This document shows positions 1 through 8,991 of a stretch of 33,968 nt of DNA, in pieces (within the stretch, counting starts at the first letter, position 1; the number at the start of each line of letters is the position of its first letter). The DNA comes from a virus, in IMG/VR virus record IMGVR_UViG_3300034375_008105. One strand, written 5' to 3'. A program made the position numbers and the translations under genes. The notes beneath the pieces were generated by a model. It did not search any database and was not told the origin of the DNA. It saw only the letters and a list, made by a program, of their open reading frames with translations.

Positions 1-99
1 ACCGCTTTGCGCAGAGTTAACCCGTCGCTGTACGTTTAAGTTTGACTGGTGGCGTGTATACCCGGGAAAGAACTTGCGACTAAAAGCGTTATCAGCCTG
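1..99. repeat. Left copy of a 99-bp terminal direct repeat. It is identical to 33870-33968 and marks the contig-end overlap of a circular or circularly permuted genome.
   Basis: Read directly: accgctttgcgcagagttaacccgtcgctgtacgtttaag...atcagcctg occurs at both ends of the window. A minus-strand reading frame crosses the junction in phase. Confidence 0.95.
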
Positions 100-444
100 C
101 GATAAAAACTCTTGTCGGGCCTCATCGCTTGGGGCCGTATCAGCAATATCATTTACCCGTGATTGGTAATCAGATTGCAGAGTTTCTAAATCAACATCAG
201 CACCGCGTGTTTCGATATCAGCCAAACGCTCAGTCTCACCGCGCAGCAATCTATTAGTGGACTCAGTGAGGAATGCGGCATCGTCAGCATCTTTCTGTTG
301 CTTGATAAATTGATTAGCAGCCTGCCCCACTTGCCCAGCAACCTGACCAACAGCACGACTAACAGCAGTAGCAGCCGCCAAACTTGGAGCCGTACCCCTG
401 GCACGATCCTGAAATGAACGAGTTAACGTTGGGATTTGCGGCAT
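1..444 (-). CDS. N-terminal part (148 codons) of a wrap-around gene of 687 aa. Likely an internal virion or ejection-type protein. It continues at 33869 and runs down to 32250.
   Basis: ATG at 444-442 with GGGGG 6 nt upstream, in a TAATG overlap with the stop of the preceding gene. I translated the minus frame by hand from 444 to 1 and found no stop. The phase matches ORF 32250..33827 across the 99-bp overlap. The ORF track omits it because it runs off the window edge. Confidence 0.8.
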   Translation of the reverse strand, partial: MPQIPTLTRSFQDRARGTAPSLAAATAVSRAVGQVAGQVGQAANQFIKQQKDADDAAFLTESTNRLLRGETERLADIETRGADVDLETLQSDYQSRVNDIADTAPSDEARQEFLSQADNAFSRKFFPGYTRHQSNLNVQRRVNSAQSG

Positions 445-893
445 TATCGACCCCCAAAACCAGTAAGCAGAGTCCCGACAGCGCCAACTCGGCCGGCCTT
501 TTGCGCTTGTTTGCCTTCAAATAGACGGGCTTGACTTCCGGCAGCAGCGCCAAACTGGATGTTTAGCGCCTCCTCTTCGGCCTCTTGTGCGGTCTGTTTC
601 ATGACCTCAAGCACCGAGCCAGTACGCCGGACGCCCGACTTAGCAAAGCCTGTTTTCTGCCTCGCCAATGTGCGCTGTTTTTCTCTATCCAGCGCCTGAA
701 GATCTAAGTCTTTCTGACGCTGGATTAAATCAGACTCTTGCTTGGCAACATCTAAAGCCGCATCGCCAGCTTGAAGTTGAGCGCCTGCTTGAATGATAGG
801 CGCAGCTACGGAAGCAACATTAGCAACTGTAGAGCCAATGCTTGATGCGCTAGAAAATATATCTGCAATTGCCTTACCACACATATCAGTCAT
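444..893 (-). CDS. Virion-module protein of 149 aa, Ala/Gly/Gln-rich with coiled-coil character. Function unknown.
   Basis: ORF track. Translationally coupled on both sides within the tail/internal-protein block. Confidence 0.6.
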   Translation of the reverse strand: MTDMCGKAIADIFSSASSIGSTVANVASVAAPIIQAGAQLQAGDAALDVAKQESDLIQRQKDLDLQALDREKQRTLARQKTGFAKSGVRRTGSVLEVMKQTAQEAEEEALNIQFGAAAGSQARLFEGKQAQKAGRVGAVGTLLTGFGGR

Positions 894-2928
894 TCGTCCT
901 TAGCTTCGGCATTATCGCCAGAACCGTCATAGGTAGCGGCTGATCCTGCCTAATAAATATTCTGCCTTCTGTTTCATATCCTGAATTAAAGGCAATCTTT
1001 TTGTCACCAGTGAACCGGGGCGGTGCTTGGTTCATTTCATCCGCAGAGGTTCTGAAAGGTATTATATCAAGCTTATCGGCATTCGGCCCAACCTGCGCCC
1101 CCAATGTGTCAAAGAAGCGGATGGATATATCGCTGATGCGCTTTATCTTCCCCTGCGCCGTTCCGTTAGCCGACCCCGCCTCTATCCTCATCGTCTCCAA
1201 ATCAGACACATAACCAAGACCGACGCTTATTTTTGACGCCGGAGTAGTTAGTGTTACAGACCCATTATTAACAACCTGATCCGGCAGCACAGCCCCGTCC
1301 GCAAGTATTTGAACAGTCTCGCCTTCAAGGTGAGCCAGCCCACTAACAAAAGTTTCTGCAGGGCCAGAATAAAAAACGCCAGAGTCCACAAAGTAATCAT
1401 CGCCGTCAACAGGGTTTATATTGTCGCGGCCCTTCTCGATTATCTCTATCTGCCTCTGCACACCGCCATCAACGAAGCGTTTAACAGATAGCCACACCTC
1501 ATCTCTGTCGCTGCCAGGAATTACACCGACGCTTTCTACCTGCGCCGTTGCGCCCTGTGCATCACTTACACCACCAAGCGTATGTCGATGCCAGCCAATA
1601 ACCTCCTGATCTCGCTCAAAGGTGACGCCAATCAATGCGCCGTCCTCGCGAACCATCCACACAATGGAGTCAGGCTCTCTCTGATAATCCATCTCAACAA
1701 TACCTTTCCCGGTAATATGCTCAGATAGCAGGGTTAAATCAGGGGCTATATACGTGTCAGATTCGAACTGGTAGATAAACTGTCTTAGCTTTCGGCCAGT
1801 ACGTTGAAGGAATAGCACGACACCATTGGATCTAACAGGCTGCACATATGCGCCACCGTACTCAGACTGGCGCACAATCTTAACGTTTGTCGGCGTAATA
1901 GCCTCATCCCGGGTTGATGCAGACATTAAGAACTCTCCGCCAACAGTCCCGATAGTTAATGACTTACCAGGCGACAGCCAGCGAATAGCGTTTACCTGAT
2001 CCGAAGCAATCGTGTAAATAAACGAATCTGACGCCTCTACACCTATACTGAAGTCGTTATATATCCCTGACTGAGACCCCCATATTGTTTGCGGGTCTAA
2101 TGGAGTTCCGGCGTAACAAATCCGGTCTTCATAGAATGCCGCCGTTGCTGGGTATCCAGTGGTCTCGCTAAACGCACCTAGCCGCCAAGTTTTCTCGGCA
2201 CCCACAGACACAAAATCATCCTTTACAAGCGCGGTCACTGAAGTGGCTGATCCGAAAACGGTTATTTCCGCATATCCAAAGTCTGCGCCCTCGTCAATAC
2301 GAACTAGTCGGCCCACGTCAGTAGAAACAAATACGTCAGCCGATGCGGTGATGGTTATTGTGCCCGTCGTCCCGCTAGGGTTTAAAGTCGTATCTGTGGT
2401 GTTCTCATCAAGCCAGGGGCCGTTTACAAACTCCTCATCATCCAAGCTGAACGAATCAACAGCAGTGCGGGATAGCTTTGCTGGCGGATGATTAGGGTGC
2501 ACGATGTAAAGAATGTCGGCGGATTGTATGAACTGAATTTCGAATAATTCAGATTCAAGATATGTAGTTGCCAGCTCAACGGCATTAGCTACCTGAGAAA
2601 AGCCATTAGAAAACCCATTGGAGAAGCCGCCACCACCAATCAGCGCCCGGTCACGATAAAACCGAATATAGTTCTCGCCAAACTCAAGCATATACGCCTG
2701 CTCAACAGAGAACTGAAAAGGGATTAAGCGAATCTTTTTATCATTCGTCTTGGCGTTTGATATATGCAGAGTACCGCCGCGCCGGGTTGCGCCACCGTGG
2801 GTATGAATAATCATATCCTTTAACGTGCGAACACCGTTGTAATACTTCGATATATCCACTCGCCCCTCTAATCGAGGAGACAACTCACCGGCCGTAAAGT
2901 TTGTTTGTATTGCTGCAGCTCTTGGCAT
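886..2928 (-). CDS. Large tail structural protein of 680 aa, in the position of a nozzle or tail tubular protein B.
   Basis: ORF track. N-terminus QTNFTAGELSPRLEGRVD. Lies directly after the adaptor-like gene in a podovirus-type structural order. The call rests on position and size only. Confidence 0.45.
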   Translation of the reverse strand: MPRAAAIQTNFTAGELSPRLEGRVDISKYYNGVRTLKDMIIHTHGGATRRGGTLHISNAKTNDKKIRLIPFQFSVEQAYMLEFGENYIRFYRDRALIGGGGFSNGFSNGFSQVANAVELATTYLESELFEIQFIQSADILYIVHPNHPPAKLSRTAVDSFSLDDEEFVNGPWLDENTTDTTLNPSGTTGTITITASADVFVSTDVGRLVRIDEGADFGYAEITVFGSATSVTALVKDDFVSVGAEKTWRLGAFSETTGYPATAAFYEDRICYAGTPLDPQTIWGSQSGIYNDFSIGVEASDSFIYTIASDQVNAIRWLSPGKSLTIGTVGGEFLMSASTRDEAITPTNVKIVRQSEYGGAYVQPVRSNGVVLFLQRTGRKLRQFIYQFESDTYIAPDLTLLSEHITGKGIVEMDYQREPDSIVWMVREDGALIGVTFERDQEVIGWHRHTLGGVSDAQGATAQVESVGVIPGSDRDEVWLSVKRFVDGGVQRQIEIIEKGRDNINPVDGDDYFVDSGVFYSGPAETFVSGLAHLEGETVQILADGAVLPDQVVNNGSVTLTTPASKISVGLGYVSDLETMRIEAGSANGTAQGKIKRISDISIRFFDTLGAQVGPNADKLDIIPFRTSADEMNQAPPRFTGDKKIAFNSGYETEGRIFIRQDQPLPMTVLAIMPKLRTND

Positions 2929-2930
2929 AC

Positions 2931-3488
2931 TTATAGCCTCGTATTAAGCCACTGGTCAGCTTCAACGCTGCGCGGCACACCTTCCTGCCCATCCATTGAG
3001 CGTGCCTGCCTGATACGGCTCAAGGCCTTCTGCTCCATGATCTGGACTAGCTGAGTGTTATCGGCAAGATTGTAAGCTAAATACGCACCAATGCGATCCG
3101 AAAGCGCCTCGACAAACAGAGAATCAAACATGGTTGTATCTTCAACGCGGGAAATATACTCAATCTTCACTGAGTCGGAGTTAACCAGCAGGGATTTACC
3201 CTCGATGCGATACGGCGAAAGGTCGTCATCAGTGCGCAAAACCTTCAAGCAGTCAGAAGGAAGCTGAAACTGCGCATCAAATTCAAAGATTGGATCAGTG
3301 GTTAACCGGGCAAGCTGAGCGCGCTTTATCGCAAAATTCCACGGATGCTCTCTAAGCATCGTATCGCGCAAGTCAGCATAGATTTGATTGCATAACCTGG
3401 CGGCTTTTGAGTTCTCAGTGAGATCGATAATCGTGTCTTCACCAATCTTGATCAGCGCCTTGTTACATATGTCTACTGTAGAGGCCAT
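2931..3488 (-). CDS. Head-to-tail adaptor or tail tubular protein A-like, 185 aa.
   Basis: N-terminal DICNKALIKIGEDTI...HPWNFA pattern, recalled from adaptor/tubular-A annotations in BPP-1/epsilon15-type podoviruses. Position between capsid genes and the large tail protein supports it. Confidence 0.5.
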   Translation of the reverse strand: MASTVDICNKALIKIGEDTIIDLTENSKAARLCNQIYADLRDTMLREHPWNFAIKRAQLARLTTDPIFEFDAQFQLPSDCLKVLRTDDDLSPYRIEGKSLLVNSDSVKIEYISRVEDTTMFDSLFVEALSDRIGAYLAYNLADNTQLVQIMEQKALSRIRQARSMDGQEGVPRSVEADQWLNTRL

Positions 3489-3500
3489 TTATCACCCATT

Positions 3501-3521
3501 AAAAAAGGGGCCGAAGCCCCT
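3501..3521 (-). terminator. Rho-independent terminator after the capsid-decoration genes.
   Basis: Minus-sense GGGGC-UUCG-GCCCC followed by UUUUUU. A second CC-UUCG-GG hairpin lies just upstream. Confidence 0.8.
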
Positions 3522-3564
3522 CCCGCCCGAAGGCTAACCAGCGGTAAGGGGCCGCAGGGTTCTG

Positions 3565-4068
3565 TTAATCGAGAGTGTAAAACAGCTCGATTGTCATCGT
3601 TCCGCCAACGTTAACATCAGCATCCGCCAGCGTAATCTTGATATCAAGATCCGCTTTAGGGTCTTCTGTCTGGCCGTTGACATGCTCCCATAGACGCTTG
3701 CCGTAGTTGGCAATATCCTTGATTACAGCAGTGTCAGTCACTGTTGCAGCGTCAATGCCATCATTCAGCGCGTCCGGGTCGTCAGTGATATTTGTCTTGC
3801 CGGTGCGGTTGAACACACCGATATCCAGAGTTGGAGCGCCAGCCGATGCCAGATCATCTGTATAAAGCTTAGACGCACCTAAGATACGCGCATTAGATGG
3901 CAAACGAGCCATCAGGTATGTGGAGGTTGCAGAGTCAGCCGCACCGACCTCCACTGTTTCCACCCATGAGCGTACAGCGCCGTCACCGATGCCAGGGCCG
4001 CCTAGCTCAACGGGATCTGCCGCAAGGCCGGTCATAATCAGTGAGCCGTTCAAGTTTACAATAGCCAT
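3565..4068 (-). CDS. Head decoration or cement-like protein, 167 aa.
   Basis: ORF immediately downstream of the major capsid gene and followed by a strong terminator. The call is positional. Confidence 0.45.
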   Translation of the reverse strand: MAIVNLNGSLIMTGLAADPVELGGPGIGDGAVRSWVETVEVGAADSATSTYLMARLPSNARILGASKLYTDDLASAGAPTLDIGVFNRTGKTNITDDPDALNDGIDAATVTDTAVIKDIANYGKRLWEHVNGQTEDPKADLDIKITLADADVNVGGTMTIELFYTLD

Positions 4069-4083
4069 CTTTATGACCTCCTA

Positions 4084-4947
4084 TTAAGCTTCAGAACAAG
4101 CGATTTCAACAACTTTGTCTTCTTCCATGCGGGTTGCGCCGAAGTCTTCGGAACGGAATACCTGCACAGAGTAAGACTTATCAGGCCGCTCAGTAACTCG
4201 TGTAATATTGTTAGTGCCCTGAGCCAGCAACAGGCCGTCTTCAGCCCATGCAATAACCTGACGGTCACCGCTACCGTCGGTAGTCAGTCGCTCAGTACGA
4301 ACAAACATGAAGCCCATGTATTCGTTAATCTTGCCTTCAACCAGTGCTTTCACGGTGTTGAAATCTGAACTGGTGATTTCGGTAGATTCCAGCAAGTCTG
4401 TCAGCTGCTTAGACGTGATTGCCATATAGCGACGGATATCAGGGTCTACATCATTGCCGTTCAGGATCTCAGCCGCAGAACGCAGCTTATCAATGGTCAG
4501 GCCGGTACCGCCAACAGGAACCTTTTGACTAGAAGGCAGAACAACGTTAGTTGTACCTTTCTTGCCGGTACGCGCAGTACCCAGAGCCGCTTCAATGATA
4601 ATATCATCACGGCTACGGTTCATTGCCATCATGGCAGACCTGGCATAGGTAGAGGTTGGGTCGATCAGCATCCGCACCTTATCCGCCTGGTCAATCAGGT
4701 CAGCCCACTCAAAGGTGGACATAGTGACTGCACGGCGAGCGTGTGGAGTGTCAACGCGTGGAGTATCGGAGTGGCGAGAGGTACGCTCGATTGCTGCAGT
4801 AGCACCAACCTGCTCATAAAAACCAGTCTCACCGGTTTGTGATTCCATCCGCAATTTATTCATGAAGCGGCAATCTTTCTGCTGTGACAGCAGGTCGATG
4901 TTTGCACCGAATTGGTTTACAAACGCCGTGGTAATTTCAAAGCTCAT
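4084..4947 (-). CDS. Major capsid protein (287 aa from the ATG at 4947).
   Basis: Follows the scaffold gene. AAGGGG lies 7 nt upstream of the ATG that starts MSFEITT. The track start at 4968 is a TTG with no SD. Size and position are typical of HK97-fold capsid genes. Confidence 0.75.
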   Translation of the reverse strand: MSFEITTAFVNQFGANIDLLSQQKDCRFMNKLRMESQTGETGFYEQVGATAAIERTSRHSDTPRVDTPHARRAVTMSTFEWADLIDQADKVRMLIDPTSTYARSAMMAMNRSRDDIIIEAALGTARTGKKGTTNVVLPSSQKVPVGGTGLTIDKLRSAAEILNGNDVDPDIRRYMAITSKQLTDLLESTEITSSDFNTVKALVEGKINEYMGFMFVRTERLTTDGSGDRQVIAWAEDGLLLAQGTNNITRVTERPDKSYSVQVFRSEDFGATRMEEDKVVEIACSEA

Positions 4948-5067
4948 AACAAGCCCCTTATTAAACAAAAGTTAAGTTTTGTCTAGCTTGCGGGGTTGTC
5001 GTTTCCGGTCCCTTATCACTAGATGTATCAGCAAAAGGTTCCGGCCCTGAAAGGGTTGTCGGAGGGT

Positions 5068-5104
5068 AGTGGCTAAGGGCGACAGCATGAAGCCCCCAAC
5101 CACT
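5068..5104 (-). promoter_or_regulatory. Strand-specific RNA stem-loop in the leader of the capsid gene.
   Basis: Minus-sense agugguugggggc / gcccuuagccacu forms 13 bp around an 11-nt loop. Three of the pairs are G:U, which would be A:C mismatches in the plus sense. Confidence 0.45.
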
Positions 5105-5111
5105 GATTGAC

Positions 5112-5139
5112 AGTATAGCGCTATCTCAGAAAGGTTCAA
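5112..5139 (-). promoter_or_regulatory. Candidate sigma70-type promoter for the capsid gene.
   Basis: Minus-sense TTGAAC (5139-5134), 16 nt, TATACT (5117-5112). It overlaps the scaffold stop codon and the 10-bp palindrome ATAGCGCTAT (5115-5124). Confidence 0.3.
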
Positions 5140-5966
5140 CCGTACTGCAGCTTAAATGAGTCCTGCACACGACGCATAATTTGCTGGTGCTCGGGGTGGC
5201 GTTTATCCATATACGCAGGATGAGCCATTAAGCTATTGCGCTCGTCTTCAATCTCTTGCGGCGTCTTAGCTTGCTCAGAGCCTACACCCTCAAGCTTACC
5301 GCTTTCCATCATAGACTTGCCGATATTACCAAACATGCGAGCCAATACAGGATGGTCTGCCAGCTTAACGCCATTGACTGTATTCTCTTGCAGGAACTTA
5401 ACATCTGCCTCGCTGGCAAACTCAGTTACAGCCCGGTTAGCGATCTGCACATTCTGCTCAAACGCATTGCCCCACTCAGCTTTAAGCGCTGCAATCTGCT
5501 CGTTAGTGGCCGCCTCAGTTGCTCCGGCCTGAGCCTCACCCCGTGCTTGCTGATCAGAGAAGTACCAGTCGGTTAACTTCGACATTTGCTGCTGATTAAG
5601 GCCGACGCTATGCGCAATATCCTTAAACGCACCCTGGGCTTGCTCATCAATTTCGAAGCCTTCCGGAGCTGAAATCTCATAGGCTGCCGCTTCTTCAGGA
5701 CGGCCAAGGCGAGCATATGTGTTTGACCAATCATCATCAGTCTGCGGCATTGGAATCTTGTCAGCACCGATTAAACGCTGGGCGTTCTGCCAGGACTTAG
5801 CCATAGTTTCGACAGAATCAAACTTGGTAATATTCTGGTCTTCGCGCATCTCTTGCGGCAGAGAGTCATACCAGTTGCCACCCTCGGCTGGAGCCTCTGC
5901 AACTGGCGCGCCGCCGCCCGCTTCGCCTGGTTCATCGTTCATCAATACAAATTTAAATCGGTTCAT
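5136..5966 (-). CDS. Scaffolding protein, 276 aa.
   Basis: Acidic, Ala/Glu/Gln-rich, helical-looking protein between the portal-side genes and the capsid gene. Confidence 0.65.
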   Translation of the reverse strand: MNRFKFVLMNDEPGEAGGGAPVAEAPAEGGNWYDSLPQEMREDQNITKFDSVETMAKSWQNAQRLIGADKIPMPQTDDDWSNTYARLGRPEEAAAYEISAPEGFEIDEQAQGAFKDIAHSVGLNQQQMSKLTDWYFSDQQARGEAQAGATEAATNEQIAALKAEWGNAFEQNVQIANRAVTEFASEADVKFLQENTVNGVKLADHPVLARMFGNIGKSMMESGKLEGVGSEQAKTPQEIEDERNSLMAHPAYMDKRHPEHQQIMRRVQDSFKLQYG

Positions 5967-6211
5967 TGCTTAGCCCCTTCTGCTGTTTCAATGAAGTTTT
6001 TTTCATTCCAGTTTAATTTCTGGAGGATGGTCATGCCGGCGTCGCGCCGACCCTCACGGATCAGCACGGCGTTAGTCTCAATAGAGCCGGTCAGCGGCTC
6101 AAGCACATGACAGTAAGCAAGAATATCCTCTAGCACTCGCTGACCCTGCTCAGTGCCAAACACTTGTTTATAGTCGATATGCAGCTGCTGCTCTGCTGTT
6201 TTATTTGGCAT
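5963..6211 (-). CDS. Bbp19-like small head-module protein (82 aa from the ATG at 6211).
   Basis: GQRVLEDILAYCHV...REGRRDAGMTILQKL resembles the Bbp19 family of BPP-1-type phages (from memory). The ATG at 6211 avoids a long overlap with the upstream gene. Confidence 0.5.
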   Translation of the reverse strand: MPNKTAEQQLHIDYKQVFGTEQGQRVLEDILAYCHVLEPLTGSIETNAVLIREGRRDAGMTILQKLNWNEKNFIETAEGAKQ

Positions 6212-6395
6212 TTCGAGCCGCCTTCTTTGGCTTTTCTTCAACCGGCTTAGCCAGCTCGATAGTCGGCGCTAAATACTCTACATGACGTTCTGAGCATTTT
6301 AGCTGATTACAGCGAACCATAGTGTTTTCTTTGTGATACTGCATAAGGCTGCCGCATTCGCCGCAATGAATCTGAGCTTGAATAATTGCTTTCAT
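6201..6395 (-). CDS. Small zinc-ribbon-like protein, 64 aa.
   Basis: CGEC...RCNQLKC cysteine pairs. Coupled to the portal gene. Confidence 0.5.
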   Translation of the reverse strand: MKAIIQAQIHCGECGSLMQYHKENTMVRCNQLKCSERHVEYLAPTIELAKPVEEKPKKAARNAK

Positions 6396-6397
6396 GA

Positions 6398-7987
6398 TTA
6401 ACCACCCCCTTCAGTGGCTTGGTTGATTGCTTGCCCCGCTTCACCGGCCTGCTGAGCCGCCGCTAAGGCTGTTTGTAACTGCTGAATCTGCTGCCTTTGC
6501 TGGCGCTGCACATCTCTGCCTTTCTCTTCAGACAACTTATCCATGCCTACACCAAACATTTGTAAGGTATCACGAACAAGCACGTCGCCATTAACGTTGT
6601 CAGTTAGCAGTTCAGGCTGTAATTGTAGCATAGGTGAGACAGATTCAACCGCCCTTAAAAACCCTGCCGCTTCCTGCTGCTGCTGGGCCTGTGCAACTGA
6701 GCCTGTAAATTCAAACTCAAACTTTTCAGGGATGGATTCTGGCGGCTGGCCGAAGCGACCTTGACGCAGCAAGATACCAAATACCCTGTCTAGCACAGGC
6801 CCCAAGTATTCAGACTGCACACGACCAAGCACCGGACCCATTAGGCGCAGCTTTTCCTCTGTGCGCTGCAATACTTCAGTGGCAGTCATTTGCGGACCAC
6901 CAGCCAACTGAAGCTGATCAACAAAGAAGATGGATCGAATCTTGTCCTCAAGGAACTGCACAAAGTCTAAACCAATACCAGGGTTAGCAGATGGCAATTG
7001 GCCGACAGCTCCAGCAGCGTCACTTCCATCAAACACGTTAACACCGCCGGGGACTGTTCGCAGCGGATTCATAAAGCCGTCGTTAGTCACAACTAGAGGC
7101 GGATCTACAGACTTTTGAGCCGCCTTGATGGTGGTTTTCATCACCTCATTAAGCATCTTAATATCAGGAAGCGCCGTCATAGCCGGTGACCGACCATATG
7201 TTTCCATTGGAGATTTATAGAATCGACCTACAGGTAATGGCATTTCCTGAAATCCGCCTTCCTCAAGCACGGCCTTATCCTGCTGAAGAACGTAAACAGA
7301 CTCTATCGGCATCCCTTCAAAATTGCGCTTGCCTTCCTTCACATCCTTTCGAGGCTGGATGCAGTGAATAATAAACAGCTTCTCATTAAACTTGTCAGCC
7401 TTAATTAAATCAGCAACAGTCTTACTATTGTGATCCGGCCACCGCTGCTCTATCTGCTTAGCCGTCCATTCAAAGCGGCGGTAAACAGTATCAACCTGCC
7501 CGTCCGGGTTTTCAGCTATAACAATTTCAGATAACGAGCGGGATTGAAAAGACAGCCCGGCCTTGCTTTCATTCTCATCAATGAATACCCCAGCTGTACC
7601 AAATGCGCCGAACTCTAAGAAGTACTCATATGACGAAGTGTAGAAGTTGCTGGCAGGCGCGTTAATCTCTTCAAGCATGATATCAGAGGCATTATCAAGC
7701 CAGCGCTTAGCCTCTTCATCCATGCCCTCTGTGTTAGCCTTAAACCAAGTAGTGGCCGGGTTGACGTTTAGCGAAACAAGACCAGAGGCTAGCAGCTCAT
7801 TAGCCTGGATCGGTGTCGAATTAAACACCTTGGTCATGCGCTTTTCACCAGGAGAGCGCTTGGTATCAAAGTCATCGCGGCGAGGGTAAACAAGCTCGGC
7901 AACTTCGCGCCAATGGCTATCCCACGTCCCTCGGTCAGACTTCAGCTTTTCATATCGCTTTACTATCTGTTCAGCATCAACAGCCAT
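6398..7987 (-). CDS. Portal (head-tail connector) protein, 529 aa.
   Basis: Size, position downstream of the terminase genes, and an N-terminal ...DRGTWDSHWREVAELVYPRRDDF pattern typical of podovirus-type connectors. Confidence 0.8.
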   Translation of the reverse strand: MAVDAEQIVKRYEKLKSDRGTWDSHWREVAELVYPRRDDFDTKRSPGEKRMTKVFNSTPIQANELLASGLVSLNVNPATTWFKANTEGMDEEAKRWLDNASDIMLEEINAPASNFYTSSYEYFLEFGAFGTAGVFIDENESKAGLSFQSRSLSEIVIAENPDGQVDTVYRRFEWTAKQIEQRWPDHNSKTVADLIKADKFNEKLFIIHCIQPRKDVKEGKRNFEGMPIESVYVLQQDKAVLEEGGFQEMPLPVGRFYKSPMETYGRSPAMTALPDIKMLNEVMKTTIKAAQKSVDPPLVVTNDGFMNPLRTVPGGVNVFDGSDAAGAVGQLPSANPGIGLDFVQFLEDKIRSIFFVDQLQLAGGPQMTATEVLQRTEEKLRLMGPVLGRVQSEYLGPVLDRVFGILLRQGRFGQPPESIPEKFEFEFTGSVAQAQQQQEAAGFLRAVESVSPMLQLQPELLTDNVNGDVLVRDTLQMFGVGMDKLSEEKGRDVQRQQRQQIQQLQTALAAAQQAGEAGQAINQATEGGG

Positions 7988-7988
7988 A

Positions 7989-8459
7989 TCACTGCCCTAA
8001 TAATGTTTTTCGTTGCTCTTTGGCAATAGATCTGCCCGCCAGTATAGTGCTGCGCCGCCCACTAGAAGCCGCGCGCCTTGTATCTTCTGCTGCTGCTGTA
8101 GCAGGATCTACCGCAGCAGTAGTGGCAGCTGAAGTAGTGGCCGTATCACCAGCACTCAAGATACCCTTGGCCCGAATGACTCCGCGACCGCCCCTAGATG
8201 GGTCGTCAAGGCCCACGCCAGGGCCGCCCGGATTGGTATCCAAGTCAGCAAGAGCACCAGCGAGAGCACCAAACACCCCCCCTAAAGGGCCGGTAACCTT
8301 ACCTAAAGTTTTTGCGGCCGTCTTCCCTGCTTCACGGGTCTCGCCAAACTCACCCGTTGGATCGCCTGGGCCGGCTTTAGCAGCCTTGTCCTGCGCCTCT
8401 AGCCTGCCTACAGCAGCGGAGCGCCCTCCAGCTGAACCGCCTCTATCTCCACCGCACAT
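7989..8459 (-). CDS. Gly/Ala/Thr-rich low-complexity protein, 156 aa, function unknown.
   Basis: Tightly packed between the GNAT and portal genes on the coding strand. The antisense ORF 8020..8478 is a by-product of the composition. Confidence 0.55.
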   Translation of the reverse strand: MCGGDRGGSAGGRSAAVGRLEAQDKAAKAGPGDPTGEFGETREAGKTAAKTLGKVTGPLGGVFGALAGALADLDTNPGGPGVGLDDPSRGGRGVIRAKGILSAGDTATTSAATTAAVDPATAAAEDTRRAASSGRRSTILAGRSIAKEQRKTLLGQ

Positions 8460-8463
8460 AATA

Positions 8464-8913
8464 TTACCCTTTGTTTAGTATTACGCCTGACTCAACAAAG
8501 CCCATGCGCTTGTATAGTTCTACAGCGCTATCACCGGAATCGCCAGTGGTAACGCCAACGGAAATCTGATCCTCTCGCACACCGCAGCAGATAGACCAGT
8601 CAATAAATGTCTTAACCAGCTTAAATGCATGGCTTCCGCCTCGATTCTCGGGACGGACATACAAAAGCAAGTCAAAGGACTTAAGTGTTGGCCCAAAGTA
8701 ATGTTCCTGAATCATACCAAAGAACATACCTACAACCTTGCCATTCACCTCAGACACCCAAGCCTGCATGTGCGGCTGTTGAATTAGGTTAACACACAGC
8801 TGCGCAACCTTTGCCGGGCACCACTCAGTCACCGCGTAGCTAGAATTGCTGTACATATCATACCCCATTTCAAGAATCGCCGGGATATCGTTACCATTAA
8901 GCTCTCTAATCAT
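8464..8913 (-). CDS. GNAT-family N-acetyltransferase, 149 aa.
   Basis: Motif A VRPENRGGSHAFKLV and motif B LYKRMGFVESG. Confidence 0.75.
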   Translation of the reverse strand: MIRELNGNDIPAILEMGYDMYSNSSYAVTEWCPAKVAQLCVNLIQQPHMQAWVSEVNGKVVGMFFGMIQEHYFGPTLKSFDLLLYVRPENRGGSHAFKLVKTFIDWSICCGVREDQISVGVTTGDSGDSAVELYKRMGFVESGVILNKG

Positions 8914-8922
8914 ACCAGCCCC

Positions 8923-8991
8923 TTACCAGTTGAATAATAGCCACATTCCAAACGCGCCGAACGCATAGGCTGCAAAGTAAAGCGCGCACAT
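8923..8991 (-). CDS. Possible 22-aa hydrophobic micropeptide (MCALYFAAYAFGAFGMWLLFNW).
   Basis: ORF below the track cut-off in the 88-nt TerL-GNAT gap. Its stop TAA sits in the AAGGGG SD of the GNAT gene. Its own SD is weak. Confidence 0.2.
   Translation of the reverse strand: MCALYFAAYAFGAFGMWLLFNW

Noticed and set aside
1-99. The 99-bp end duplication read as genuine direct terminal repeats of the virion DNA.
   Set aside because: It lies in the middle of a continuous 687-codon reading frame and has a k-mer-like length. An assembly overlap of a circular or permuted genome is the simpler reading, but it cannot be proven without reads.
1001-7889. Numerous plus-strand ORFs of 60-110 aa inside the structural genes (for example 1001..1213, 2159..2491, 4525..4842, 5236..5576, 6543..6764, 7647..7889).
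   Set aside because: All are nested antisense within long minus-strand genes that have recognisable products. None has start-site signals.
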